Positions 50,401-59,405 of a stretch of DNA of 64,000 nucleotides are shown one piece after another (within the stretch, counting starts at the first letter, position 1; each line of letters opens with the position of its first letter). Made by a program: the position numbers and the translations under genes. The stretch lies in the sequence record PP777464.1; one strand, given 5' to 3'. Under the pieces are notes generated by a model. That model made no database searches. It saw only the letters and a list, made by a program, of their open reading frames with translations, and was not told where the DNA came from.

Positions 50401-50745
50401 ATGTATAATTTAAATTTAATCTCATATATCATAACAACACTGTTTACTTTCTATACCTTTGTTGGTATACTCCTACTGTACTTTAAATTTTATAAACTCT
50501 TTGACCGTTTATATCCATCATTGGAACATGAATTCTTATTGGTGATGTACATCTGTTTAACGTGTATGTCTACATTTTTCACTGTATTTGATGGTATCAT
50601 CGGTATTAAAGCTGAAGATCCAAATGGTAGTACACTTGTTGCCTTTATCCTGGTAGGATTCTTCGGTACTTATATCACTTTCATTTCAACATGGTCTGTG
50701 GTTGATTATCTCATTAGATTACGAGATAAAATGCCAAATCGATAG
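50401..50745 (+). CDS. 3-TM membrane family protein
   Basis: YFKFYKLFDRLYP...RDKMPN. Confidence 0.75.
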   Translation: MYNLNLISYIITTLFTFYTFVGILLLYFKFYKLFDRLYPSLEHEFLLVMYICLTCMSTFFTVFDGIIGIKAEDPNGSTLVAFILVGFFGTYITFISTWSVVDYLIRLRDKMPNR

Positions 50746-50754
50746 GGGGTTGCT

Positions 50755-51012
50755 ATGTTTGCATTGCGTAATAAAAATACAAAAGAGATTCTATGTATCT
50801 CAACAGTATGGGATTGTGCAGGAAGTGAAATGATTCTCGAAGAAGGTTCAGGTGATTGTGTTTATGTTGTTCAGGATCGTCGCGAACTGGAATCATTACT
50901 TGACGAATTTAATGCTGGTGGAAATCCTAAAAGTACTCAATTCCCTGAGATCAGGAATCCAGCACCACCAGGCTCTTATGAAATTCTACAACTGTGGGAG
51001 ATGGATAAGTAA
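50755..51012 (+). CDS. hypothetical protein, paralogue of 52874
   Basis: MFALRNK...YEILQL. Confidence 0.7.
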   Translation: MFALRNKNTKEILCISTVWDCAGSEMILEEGSGDCVYVVQDRRELESLLDEFNAGGNPKSTQFPEIRNPAPPGSYEILQLWEMDK

Positions 51013-51392
51013 TGCGTCAAATGCACAAAGTAACCGAGCTAAACAAGCGTCTGATTAAACAATCAATGTTTGAGGATAAAGAGTCTTACTATAACTTCAA
51101 ACGTGCTGTAGAGGCTGCTATCCACATTCAGAAGCTTAAAGATAGTGGATGTATTATTCTCGAAAATGGTTCTGACGTTGTTACTGATGACTTCAGTGTA
51201 GCGTTTGATGTTTCACCTGATGGTTCGCTATCAATGCCACGCTTAGGGACTGGTGACATGACTGTGTGGGTAGGTTTCACTATGGGGAATGTACCAGGTA
51301 CGGTGTATGTAGATGATGCTGAGTTGAAAGAAAGCTTCAAAAACTTATCGCATCTTGAACCACAATACGCACATGAAATGAATTTATTTTGA
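51012..51392 (+). CDS. hypothetical protein
   Basis: TAATG coupling. Confidence 0.7.
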   Translation: MRQMHKVTELNKRLIKQSMFEDKESYYNFKRAVEAAIHIQKLKDSGCIILENGSDVVTDDFSVAFDVSPDGSLSMPRLGTGDMTVWVGFTMGNVPGTVYVDDAELKESFKNLSHLEPQYAHEMNLF

Positions 51393-51393
51393 G

Positions 51394-51450
51394 TTGACAA
51401 ACTCATTCAGTACTGTATAATGTTTATCAAGGGGATGAACTTCTCATCCC
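51394..51450 (+). promoter_or_regulatory. sigma70 promoter (AGTACTG class) with leader hairpin
   Basis: TTGACA-N9-AGTACTG-TATAAT; GGGGATGA-acttc-TCATCCCC. Confidence 0.85.
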
Positions 51451-51468
51451 CACAATCGAGGAATTGTC

Positions 51469-52023
51469 ATGATTACTTTTAAGAAAACTGCTAACCACAT
51501 CCATGAGATCTACATTAACGGTCACAAAGCTGGCCTTCTTCGTTTACTCGCCCATCATCCGAATATTACCGTATCTGATAATGAACCTAAAGATTGGCGT
51601 GTATTTTTCTTTGGAAAGTACAGTGATTTTCAAGTATCAAACCTGAAGAACATTCGTTCAGTATGCACGTTAACTGAAATTAAAGAAAAGTTAACCAAAG
51701 CATTGAAAACTAATCCAGATAGTGTTCTTCCACCTGATAACTTTGTAGAGAAAGGATATGCCTTAGCTCATTTCAAAGATGGTACTATTCAATCTATCAG
51801 TACTGAATATGAATATCAATGGACTGAGTACTTCACTTATGGATCGCGTAATACATTGATGGCTTCACGTAGTAAATTGGAAGAAGTACTGACTCGTATG
51901 AATGAACGCGAGCGTCAATTTTATGACAAACCAGAAATGTGGAGTTCAACTTACATTGACCGTATTGACTATGTTATTATGACTCCAATCTTTGACACTG
52001 CTTACTATGATTCTTTGAAATAA
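51469..52023 (+). CDS. hypothetical protein
   Basis: RBS GAGGA. Confidence 0.75.
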   Translation: MITFKKTANHIHEIYINGHKAGLLRLLAHHPNITVSDNEPKDWRVFFFGKYSDFQVSNLKNIRSVCTLTEIKEKLTKALKTNPDSVLPPDNFVEKGYALAHFKDGTIQSISTEYEYQWTEYFTYGSRNTLMASRSKLEEVLTRMNERERQFYDKPEMWSSTYIDRIDYVIMTPIFDTAYYDSLK

Positions 52024-52034
52024 GGATAACTTAT

Positions 52035-52211
52035 ATGAAACTACGTACTCGTAATCGACTGATGGATGCACTGTACCATGAACAGCTTTCACTGAATGAA
52101 GTGAAGCGACAGTTAATGTACACATATCTGTTACCCGCTCGCATTGCAAAACAACGTGCTAAAGAATTGCTGAAAGAAGCAATCGAGTACTGGGAATCTG
52201 ATTCGTACTAA
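52035..52211 (+). CDS. small hypothetical protein (58 aa)
   Basis: RBS AAGGA. Confidence 0.65.
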   Translation: MKLRTRNRLMDALYHEQLSLNEVKRQLMYTYLLPARIAKQRAKELLKEAIEYWESDSY

Positions 52212-52239
52212 TTGTCACGTTAATTAAGTGAGGCGATAA

Positions 52240-52491
52240 ATGAAAATTTTATTAGTTCTAATACTACTAATTGTTTTACCATTTACGTTAGTATCCCCTG
52301 AACTTGCATGGAATGTGTTTGTGTACTTACTATGTACTATTGTAGTAAATGGTATCTTGTTCTTAGTTCTATTCATAAATGGAATAGGACACGGTGGAGG
52401 ATGGACCAGTACTGCTGATATTGTACATAAAACCACTATGTCTTTATTTGTAGTGTGGAATTTATTCTGGACTTGGTTTGTGTTCTTCTAA
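52240..52491 (+). CDS. membrane protein (3 TM)
   Basis: Hydrophobic; RBS GAGG. Confidence 0.7.
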   Translation: MKILLVLILLIVLPFTLVSPELAWNVFVYLLCTIVVNGILFLVLFINGIGHGGGWTSTADIVHKTTMSLFVVWNLFWTWFVFF

Positions 52492-52500
52492 TTAAAAAAT

Positions 52501-52872
52501 ATGAATATAGATTTGAAAGGTGCAACACGAACTGTCATACTCATTGGGGAATATGCTATCAAGATTCCAACCTTTAAAAGTTGGAAGCTATTCTTAACAG
52601 GGATGATAGCTAACCTCAATGAACGTTCGTGGATGCAGTACTCCAAGCGTAGTAATAGTGGTATCTGCCCTACGTTGTGGTCATCATGTACTGGACTAGT
52701 AACTGTACAGAAGCGTTGTAAGCCAGTGCAACATAGGGGTTTATTTTGGGTGGAGTTGTGTGCTTTAGCATTGGATTCAGAGTTAAGTACTGACTTCTTC
52801 TATTCAGATGCGAAGCCAGAAAACTTTGGGTATCTGTGTGGTAAGTTGGTTAAACTTGATTATGGAGATTAA
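52501..52872 (+). CDS. minimal protein-kinase-like (PKL fold) protein
   Basis: GATRTV, AIKIP, NLNE, DAKPEN, DYG. Confidence 0.7.
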   Translation: MNIDLKGATRTVILIGEYAIKIPTFKSWKLFLTGMIANLNERSWMQYSKRSNSGICPTLWSSCTGLVTVQKRCKPVQHRGLFWVELCALALDSELSTDFFYSDAKPENFGYLCGKLVKLDYGD

Positions 52873-52873
52873 T

Positions 52874-53143
52874 ATGTACGCATTGTATAATAAAGAAAAG
52901 AAACGATTTGCTAAGGTTGAAATTTCGATTGATACATTTGACATGTTGGAGTACTGTATTGTAACGGATTTATATGCTAACTTGTATTACGTTCTTGATG
53001 ACGTATCAGTACTGCAACGATTGCTTGAGAATTCCAAAAGTCAATGCCAGGGCATCCATGATGGTTCATCTTATGAAACACCTGAGTGTTCCTACGGCTA
53101 TCTGGACGGGTATGAGATTGTGAAGTTGGGGATTGTTGAATAA
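52874..53143 (+). CDS. hypothetical protein, paralogue of 50755
   Basis: MYALYNK...YEIVKL; RBS GGAG. Confidence 0.7.
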   Translation: MYALYNKEKKRFAKVEISIDTFDMLEYCIVTDLYANLYYVLDDVSVLQRLLENSKSQCQGIHDGSSYETPECSYGYLDGYEIVKLGIVE

Positions 53144-53155
53144 ATGGATTAAACA

Positions 53156-53569
53156 ATGAAGAAGTGTATCACGTGTAATATTGAAAAAGACATTAGTGAA
53201 TTTGGTATAAGAAAAGATACTGGGAAACATAGAAATACATGCAAAGGTTGTAGTAATATTACCAGTAAGAAAACCAGAAATAAAAAAACTGATGTCAAAA
53301 AACTTGAAGAAATCAAAAGAAAAAATAAAGATTTCATGACCAGAGTTAAATCATTTTATGGTTGTAGTATTTGCATGATGAAGTATCCAGAATGTTTAGA
53401 CTTTCACCATCTTGATCCTAATACCAAAGAACATACACCAAGTTCTATGTTCAGTAAAAGTCGAGAATCTATCAAAGATGAAATTCGAAAGTGTATGATT
53501 CTTTGTTCTAATCACCATCGCATGGTACATTCTGGTAGACTATGTTTGATTGAAAGAAAAAAGGGTTGA
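53156..53569 (+). CDS. free-standing HNH endonuclease
   Basis: N-terminal CxxC..CxxC finger; CSIC...LDFHH...LCSNHH. Confidence 0.85.
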   Translation: MKKCITCNIEKDISEFGIRKDTGKHRNTCKGCSNITSKKTRNKKTDVKKLEEIKRKNKDFMTRVKSFYGCSICMMKYPECLDFHHLDPNTKEHTPSSMFSKSRESIKDEIRKCMILCSNHHRMVHSGRLCLIERKKG

Positions 53570-53606
53570 CTTCGGTCAGCCCTTTTTGCTATAATCATTT
53601 CATCGA
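53557..53606 (+). repeat. terminator/promoter fusion cassette
   Basis: TTGACT-N18-TATAAT inside UUCG hairpin/T-run; supplies HNH stop codon. Confidence 0.9.
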
Positions 53607-53623
53607 AACGAGAGGATGAATAC

Positions 53624-54139
53624 ATGACACGCATTAACTTAGTACACGTTAAAGAACTTGCTGACCAACATCTGATGGCTGAATATCGTGAACTCCCACG
53701 TGTGTTTGGTGCTGTACAAAAACATGTTCAAGCACGTAAGCGAGTCCGTGATTTCAAAATTAACAGTACTTATCTGTTAGGTTCAGGTCATGTAACATTC
53801 TTCTACGACAAGTTATTGTACTTACAGAAGCGTCATATTGAAATTGTTAACGAATGTTTGCGTCGTGGGATGAAGATTCAAAACACTGAAGTAAACGACA
53901 TTAGCGGCATCCCTGCTGAGTTTTGTAATGACTACGCACCATCGGAGTCAGAGATTAAAATGTCTCGTGAGCGTTTGATTGAGAAGCTCCAGATGAAGCC
54001 TACTTGGTATAAATTTACTGACGTTGAACGCCCAGAGTACGTTAAAGATATGCAGGACGTAAGTAGTAATATAGAATCTAGTACTGATATGTTCGACGAA
54101 ATTGAAGAACAAATCAAAGATGAAATGAATAATTATTAA
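53624..54139 (+). CDS. denV: pyrimidine dimer DNA glycosylase / endonuclease V
   Basis: [37 protein letters not shown]. Confidence 0.95.
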   Translation: MTRINLVHVKELADQHLMAEYRELPRVFGAVQKHVQARKRVRDFKINSTYLLGSGHVTFFYDKLLYLQKRHIEIVNECLRRGMKIQNTEVNDISGIPAEFCNDYAPSESEIKMSRERLIEKLQMKPTWYKFTDVERPEYVKDMQDVSSNIESSTDMFDEIEEQIKDEMNNY

Positions 54140-54142
54140 AGG

Positions 54143-54190
54143 AAAGGGTTGACTTCGGTCAGCCCTTTTTGCTATAATTATTTCATCAAC
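54143..54190 (+). repeat. terminator/promoter fusion cassette
   Basis: gggTTGACTtcggtcagccctttttgc-TATAAT-tatttcatcaac. Confidence 0.9.
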
Positions 54191-54206
54191 TGATGAGGAT
54201 AACGAA

Positions 54207-54977
54207 ATGACCAGAGAAGCACGTAGCATTCAAATCCAGAAAAACTTCAACTCCATGATGGTTGCTCTTGAGTGTTTGCTCGACGATAGCAGTACTGTAA
54301 AAAGTATGGTTGTCAGCGGTGCACCTGGTGTTGGTAAGACTTACACCCTGTCACAACGCCTCCAGAAAGCTCATGACGCAGCAGAATGGAACGTAGCCAC
54401 TATCAGTGGTAAGATGACTACTCTTGCTCTGTATGAAGTTCTGTACAAGAATCGTCACAGCACTAATGTATTAGTACTGGATGATATGGACAGCATCTTT
54501 GATTCAGAAGACGGTATGAACCTGCTCAAAGCAGTACTGGACAGTGGTAAACGTACTGTGTCTTACATGACTAGCTCTAAGTACTTAACTACCAACGGTA
54601 TCCCTAACAGCTTTGATTTTAACGGTCGTATCGTATTCATTACTAACAAAGATTTAGCACTGAATGCTAAAGCTAAAACCAAAATGTCTGCTCACTATGC
54701 TGCTCTTATGTCTCGCTCTGTGTATGTTGACTTACAGATCCAGACTAAAAGCGATATCATGATTCACATTGAAAACGTAATGAACAAGACCAACATCCTG
54801 TCAACTAAAGGTGTTAATAGTAATGGTAGCAAAGCAATCCTGAATTGGATGCTGAAACATGAAGATGCACTTCGTGCTCCTTCACTGCGTATGCCTCTGT
54901 TGATTTCAGCAGTATACAACAACAACCCGTATGATTGGGAAGAGCAGTGCGAAAACTTGTTCCTTGAGAAAATTTAA
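54207..54977 (+). CDS. AAA+ family ATPase
   Basis: Walker A GAPGVGKT, Walker B VLVLDD, sensor-1 FITN, Arg finger LMSR. Confidence 0.85.
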   Translation: MTREARSIQIQKNFNSMMVALECLLDDSSTVKSMVVSGAPGVGKTYTLSQRLQKAHDAAEWNVATISGKMTTLALYEVLYKNRHSTNVLVLDDMDSIFDSEDGMNLLKAVLDSGKRTVSYMTSSKYLTTNGIPNSFDFNGRIVFITNKDLALNAKAKTKMSAHYAALMSRSVYVDLQIQTKSDIMIHIENVMNKTNILSTKGVNSNGSKAILNWMLKHEDALRAPSLRMPLLISAVYNNNPYDWEEQCENLFLEKI

Positions 54978-54986
54978 TTACATGTA

Positions 54987-55015
54987 TTGACAGTACTACC
55001 ATAGTGTAGTACTAT
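54987..55015 (+). promoter_or_regulatory. sigma70 promoter with inverted repeat of two AGTACT sites
   Basis: TTGACA-N17-TACTAT; AGTACTAC-catagt-GTAGTACT. Confidence 0.65.
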
Positions 55016-55044
55016 AACTTAATATTCACCACCGGAGATACGAT

Positions 55045-55383
55045 ATGCTTGAGTTTTTTAATTCAGATACAATGCTTAGTATTACTTTGATTTATCTATT
55101 TGGTTTTTTCTTTTATCATGCACTAGTTGTAGTACTATGGTATTTTAAAAAGAAAATCGTTTTCAAACTGTATCCTGATGGAAACATTTCACTACTTCTT
55201 TTCACTATTATCCAAGGTATGTTTGCAATTGTTGGTCTTATCGCACACTTAATTTATTGTGCTAATCCACAGTTGAACTCAATATCACAATATATTGTAT
55301 TCCTTGGATTACTAATTTGGGTGCTGATATACTTGTTTAATCTCATTATTAATGGTAGAGCAAAAATTCGTGGGGACTTCTAA
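55045..55383 (+). CDS. 3-TM membrane family protein
   Basis: LWYFKKKIVFKLYP. Confidence 0.75.
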   Translation: MLEFFNSDTMLSITLIYLFGFFFYHALVVVLWYFKKKIVFKLYPDGNISLLLFTIIQGMFAIVGLIAHLIYCANPQLNSISQYIVFLGLLIWVLIYLFNLIINGRAKIRGDF

Positions 55384-55730
55384 TGTTTGAATCTTATCTT
55401 GAGTTTTTAAAGAGTAGTTCTGTTGCACATTCAATTGCAGGGATTATTCTAACAGGTTATGTAACATTTTGGGTGGTTATGTTTCTAGGATGGTATTTTA
55501 AACGACAATTCTATAAGCGTAATGGTGAAGATTTTATGAATTCTGTTATTAATCAATCGTTGTTTGCATCAACATTGATAGCATGTATTGTAGCAACACT
55601 CACAGGAAAGGTACTGCCAGCATTCTCCGCAGTTTACGGTACATTGGGTATGATATGTGTAGTTTTTTACTTGACCATTAAACTTTGTTGTGTTATGATT
55701 GACCTTCGAAACAAGATACCGGAGGAATGA
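55383..55730 (+). CDS. 3-TM membrane family protein
   Basis: GWYFKRQFY...RNKIPE. Confidence 0.75.
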   Translation: MFESYLEFLKSSSVAHSIAGIILTGYVTFWVVMFLGWYFKRQFYKRNGEDFMNSVINQSLFASTLIACIVATLTGKVLPAFSAVYGTLGMICVVFYLTIKLCCVMIDLRNKIPEE

Positions 55731-56065
55731 TGGAATATTTTTTACACTTACTGCCGTGGTATATGAAAGTTAGTACTATGTACTATATTCTTAGTGCTGG
55801 ATTCTACTTTCTGATGTGGTTCTTCAAACGACCAATTTCAGTATTCATCTCTGATAACATGCTGCAATTAAAATTACACGCATGGTTTTTTATGGCGATG
55901 TTTATGCCTATTATTCACTACTCAATGATTAGTAGAGGTTTACGTTCTAATGGTGAACCAATTATATTAGTATTCTATTGGGGTTCAACTATTGCATATG
56001 TAAGTTTGTTGTTGATCCCAGCCGTTCATAAATTACGTGCTAAAGTTCCTGATGCGAGGTACTAA
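55727..56065 (+). CDS. 3-TM membrane family protein
   Basis: MWFFKRP...RAKVPD. Confidence 0.75.
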   Translation: MMEYFLHLLPWYMKVSTMYYILSAGFYFLMWFFKRPISVFISDNMLQLKLHAWFFMAMFMPIIHYSMISRGLRSNGEPIILVFYWGSTIAYVSLLLIPAVHKLRAKVPDARY

Positions 56066-56379
56066 TGGATATCGTAACATTGATTTACACGCTTTATTCA
56101 TTCTATTTTATTATGTGTTGGGTTGGATTTTTATTTGTATTGAAGATGTTTGATTATGTTGAAAAACAGATAAAAGAATTTTGTATTCCTTTTATTGGGT
56201 CAACCATAATTAGTATTACTTGTTTGTATTATTTGGTATGTGATCCACCTGTTAATACAGCAATGATTGACTTCATGTTATTACCAACAACTGTTATTTT
56301 TTTATGTAGTCTGATGCCACCGATTAGTCGTGGGCTAACCGAATTTAGACGCAATCAAAAGCGTAAACGAGGGATGTGA
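56065..56379 (+). CDS. 3-TM membrane family protein
   Basis: 3 TM, basic C-terminal tail. Confidence 0.7.
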   Translation: MDIVTLIYTLYSFYFIMCWVGFLFVLKMFDYVEKQIKEFCIPFIGSTIISITCLYYLVCDPPVNTAMIDFMLLPTTVIFLCSLMPPISRGLTEFRRNQKRKRGM

Positions 56380-56747
56380 TGGAAATTGCACTTATTATAT
56401 TAACTGCTATGTTGTTTATTAGTACAATTGTTATTATTGGCAAGTTCTTCTGTGTATCCTTCTTGGAAACCGTATACGATGAAATTGCTGATGATTATGA
56501 ATTACATGCGGGATTTTTTACTACGTATTGGATTAGTTTATTACTACTTATCACTGTATGGATTTTACATATATTCAAATGGGGTATGGTAGATGGTGAT
56601 CCAGTACTGGCAATTATCTGTGTAGTGTTTGGTCTACTCGGTGGTGCTGTCCATAATCTGATGGTAATTTGGCAAACCGTACAATATGTATTAGTTCCAC
56701 ATTTTCAGAGAATGCACCAAAGCATCAAATACCGCAAACGAGGATAA
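56376..56747 (+). CDS. 3-TM membrane family protein
   Basis: GKFFCVSFLETVYD. Confidence 0.7.
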   Translation: MMEIALIILTAMLFISTIVIIGKFFCVSFLETVYDEIADDYELHAGFFTTYWISLLLLITVWILHIFKWGMVDGDPVLAIICVVFGLLGGAVHNLMVIWQTVQYVLVPHFQRMHQSIKYRKRG

Positions 56748-56748
56748 C

Positions 56749-57111
56749 ATGAATAATATTGAATTATCTTTTATTGGTCAATTAATGGTAATGGCGTATA
56801 CATTTATCTTCTCACTGAATGCATTCGTGTGCATTGGGAAGTACTTCCATAAGCGACCATTATCAAATATATATGATGTAATACAAAGGAGATATAGTCC
56901 AGCATATACTGTGTTGAGTACAGCATTCAATTTTGGTTTTATTCTAATGCTGGTTGCATTATTAACATCGAGTTCGAATTTTATAACATTTGGTATTATG
57001 GTATGTTCACTAACACTGTGTGTGGTTATTCTCTGTGCATCCGTTGAGTTGCTGGCATGGATGTATAATAAGATTTCCGAAATCCATGAGCGTTTAGGTA
57101 AGAGGAACTAA
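56749..57111 (+). CDS. 3-TM membrane family protein
   Basis: GKYFHKRPLSNIYD. Confidence 0.7.
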   Translation: MNNIELSFIGQLMVMAYTFIFSLNAFVCIGKYFHKRPLSNIYDVIQRRYSPAYTVLSTAFNFGFILMLVALLTSSSNFITFGIMVCSLTLCVVILCASVELLAWMYNKISEIHERLGKRN

Positions 57112-57112
57112 A

Positions 57113-57484
57113 ATGAGTTATCGTGAAATATTTTCGATCATTACTATTATTGTGTTTAGTTTAGGTTCTTTGATTTGGTTATTGTATTACTTCTGTGTAA
57201 CCCCAGTATATAATATGCTAAATTCAGTTCGCTCTGATGTTGGTATTGTTTCTTTTATTATCTTCATGACATATTATATGCTAAGTATCACAGGTTTGGT
57301 TTTGGTTGTTATCTTTGACCTTGGACCGAATCAAGATGGCATGGAGATGTGGGAATTGATAACGATGTTTGCATGTATGATACCTGCATTTGGTGTATGT
57401 GCTGGTGTATTTTATGGGTTGTGTAAAGGTGTGAACTACTTAAAAAATATCCACAATACTATTCGTAAAAAACGTATGTTATAA
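57113..57484 (+). CDS. 3-TM membrane family protein
   Basis: LYYFCVTPVYNML; basic tail. Confidence 0.7.
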   Translation: MSYREIFSIITIIVFSLGSLIWLLYYFCVTPVYNMLNSVRSDVGIVSFIIFMTYYMLSITGLVLVVIFDLGPNQDGMEMWELITMFACMIPAFGVCAGVFYGLCKGVNYLKNIHNTIRKKRML

Positions 57485-57485
57485 T

Positions 57486-57520
57486 AAAAAATCCAGTACT
57501 ATAATAGTACTGGATTAATT
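57486..57520. terminator. bidirectional terminator made of two AGTACT arms
   Basis: ATCCAGTACT-ataat-AGTACTGGAT. Confidence 0.8.
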
Positions 57521-58645
57521 TTAATTATCTAAGCCACCAATTACACTGAACTGTGTGGTAACGTCTGAACTATTATCTATGTAAGTTCTTCTACCAACAT
57601 AATATAGTTGTCCTTTTGCTTGAATAAAAGTTACGGTCCCTGTATTGAATGTTATAATATCATTGTATGTAATGTCAGGTGGTAGTGCTGCTGATAACGC
57701 AGTAACTTTACTTAATGCAGCACTAGTACTACCATTTATACCAGCAGCAATACTACCAGTACCATAGAACTTATTATCTTTACCAATGAATACGTTGGCT
57801 GATGCTTGTGTAGCTGATGTTATTGCCTTACCAATTTGGAATGCGGTTCCTATGGTGTATGGTGTGCTCCTGGCTGCGTCTATGCTTTGTGTATATCCAT
57901 CCCCTAGCTGACCATTAACTTTGTCACCACATGAGTATAGAGTACCATTGAGGCTGTATATGATCCCACGGTTAGAGAAGCTAACAGCTTCTGCATTAGT
58001 CCATACTGGTGCGGTGTATGAGTTTACACGACTAGCGGTAGTTCCTAGACCTAGTATACCATATGTGTTATCACCACATCCAAACCATTGTCCAGAACTG
58101 TTTTGATAGAACACTGAACGTTCTGTTGATTCCATGCGTACAGCATCCACAGCACCACTTTTAACGAACGAAGTTGATGAGGATGTAGTACCAGTACCCA
58201 ATGCACCATAAGTGTTTGTACCAATCGCATAGATTGATCCTAGTGGTGTCATAACACGTATGCAGTTATATCCCAATTGAACTTTACATTCAAATAGGTT
58301 GTCCCATATTTCAGGAACAGCAGAAAATAAATTTGTAATTTCGAACCATGATGTTGTCGAATCAGTTAATCCAATACTGCTTTTGTTTCCTAAAATGAAA
58401 ACAGTTTTGTCCTTCTTAATTATCCATGATGATAGGAAACCTATCTCACAGCTATGAACATTTGATTCTATTTGGGTAATATAATACTTAACTGTGTTAT
58501 CACCCATGAATGCCGCAGCACCGGATGCAAAAAGGTTTCCAGTTTGTTTATTTAAAATGTAGTTATTGTTTCCATATACACTAACATCATAAGAACTTTC
58601 TTGTTTTTCGTTCCCATAATCAAATAACAATACGAAAGGTAACAT
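57521..58645 (-). CDS. RCC1/BLIP-II-like beta-propeller protein (MLPF family)
   Basis: Repeats G.N.YG.LG.G; N-term MLPFVLLFDYGN. Confidence 0.8.
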   Translation of the reverse strand: MLPFVLLFDYGNEKQESSYDVSVYGNNNYILNKQTGNLFASGAAAFMGDNTVKYYITQIESNVHSCEIGFLSSWIIKKDKTVFILGNKSSIGLTDSTTSWFEITNLFSAVPEIWDNLFECKVQLGYNCIRVMTPLGSIYAIGTNTYGALGTGTTSSSTSFVKSGAVDAVRMESTERSVFYQNSSGQWFGCGDNTYGILGLGTTASRVNSYTAPVWTNAEAVSFSNRGIIYSLNGTLYSCGDKVNGQLGDGYTQSIDAARSTPYTIGTAFQIGKAITSATQASANVFIGKDNKFYGTGSIAAGINGSTSAALSKVTALSAALPPDITYNDIITFNTGTVTFIQAKGQLYYVGRRTYIDNSSDVTTQFSVIGGLDN

Positions 58646-58661
58646 GATAAAATCTCCTTGT

Positions 58662-58676
58662 GTTATACTTTATTTA
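58662..58676 (-). promoter_or_regulatory. putative late promoter TAAATA-N3-TATAAC
   Basis: Motif shared with other minus-strand genes. Confidence 0.6.
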
Positions 58677-58722
58677 ATCATTTTATAATGTACAATTTTA
58701 CAGCGATTTAATTGAGGTACTC

Positions 58723-59373
58723 ATGAATAAAAGAAGTAAGTTCTATCAAGAATATTTCACTAAACAGAAACGATTCACAAAAAAATACTTTACATCATCC
58801 CACCGACCAGTTGCAAGTTACAAACGTCCTAATACTAACTATCTTACTGGTGGCAAGTTTAGTGCAAAGTTCGAATTACTTATGCGTGAAAAGAATATCA
58901 AGATGCATTACGCAGAGACGAGAAAAAACTCATCAATTATTTGTTCTGATTTTCTTGAGTACGGTTGTTTAACTTATAAATTCAACGATGTATATTTGTA
59001 TATTGATGTTGATTGTAACAGTACTCGTATGTTTGAGATTTCAATTCACCCAAATCACAACCGTTATATAAACATTAACTTGGTTGATAAAGTACTGATT
59101 GGTATATCTAGTACTGATGGTGGTGGATTTGAATTTATTGCTTCAAAATATGATGAGGACTTTGTACTGTTCCCAGTACTTGATGATGTGAAAGATATTC
59201 TCAATTCATTAAAAGGAAGTCAATACAAATTATCTGAAGAACAGCTATTTCAGTACTCACTTATTCATGATGATATCGAGATATACTTAGAGTGTGCGAG
59301 AATATTGGAGTATCTTTATAATGAACTAACAACAACTGGTAAAGTGACAGCATTCACATTATATAATATGTAA
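58723..59373 (+). CDS. EExxFQxS family protein
   Basis: LSEEQLFQYSLIHDD; RBS GAGG. Confidence 0.8.
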   Translation: MNKRSKFYQEYFTKQKRFTKKYFTSSHRPVASYKRPNTNYLTGGKFSAKFELLMREKNIKMHYAETRKNSSIICSDFLEYGCLTYKFNDVYLYIDVDCNSTRMFEISIHPNHNRYININLVDKVLIGISSTDGGGFEFIASKYDEDFVLFPVLDDVKDILNSLKGSQYKLSEEQLFQYSLIHDDIEIYLECARILEYLYNELTTTGKVTAFTLYNM

Positions 59374-59375
59374 AA

Positions 59376-59403
59376 GAAAAGCCAGTACATAGTACTGGCA
59401 TTA
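59376..59403. terminator. terminator between convergent genes
   Basis: aaaagaaaa-GCCAGTAC-ata-GTACTGGC. Confidence 0.75.
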
Positions 59404-59405
59404 TA

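Noticed and set aside
54207-54977. Calling the ATPase HslU (partner of the HslV-like gene)
   Set aside because: At 256 aa it is too short, lacks HslU's I-domain and C-terminal features, and is 21 kb away.
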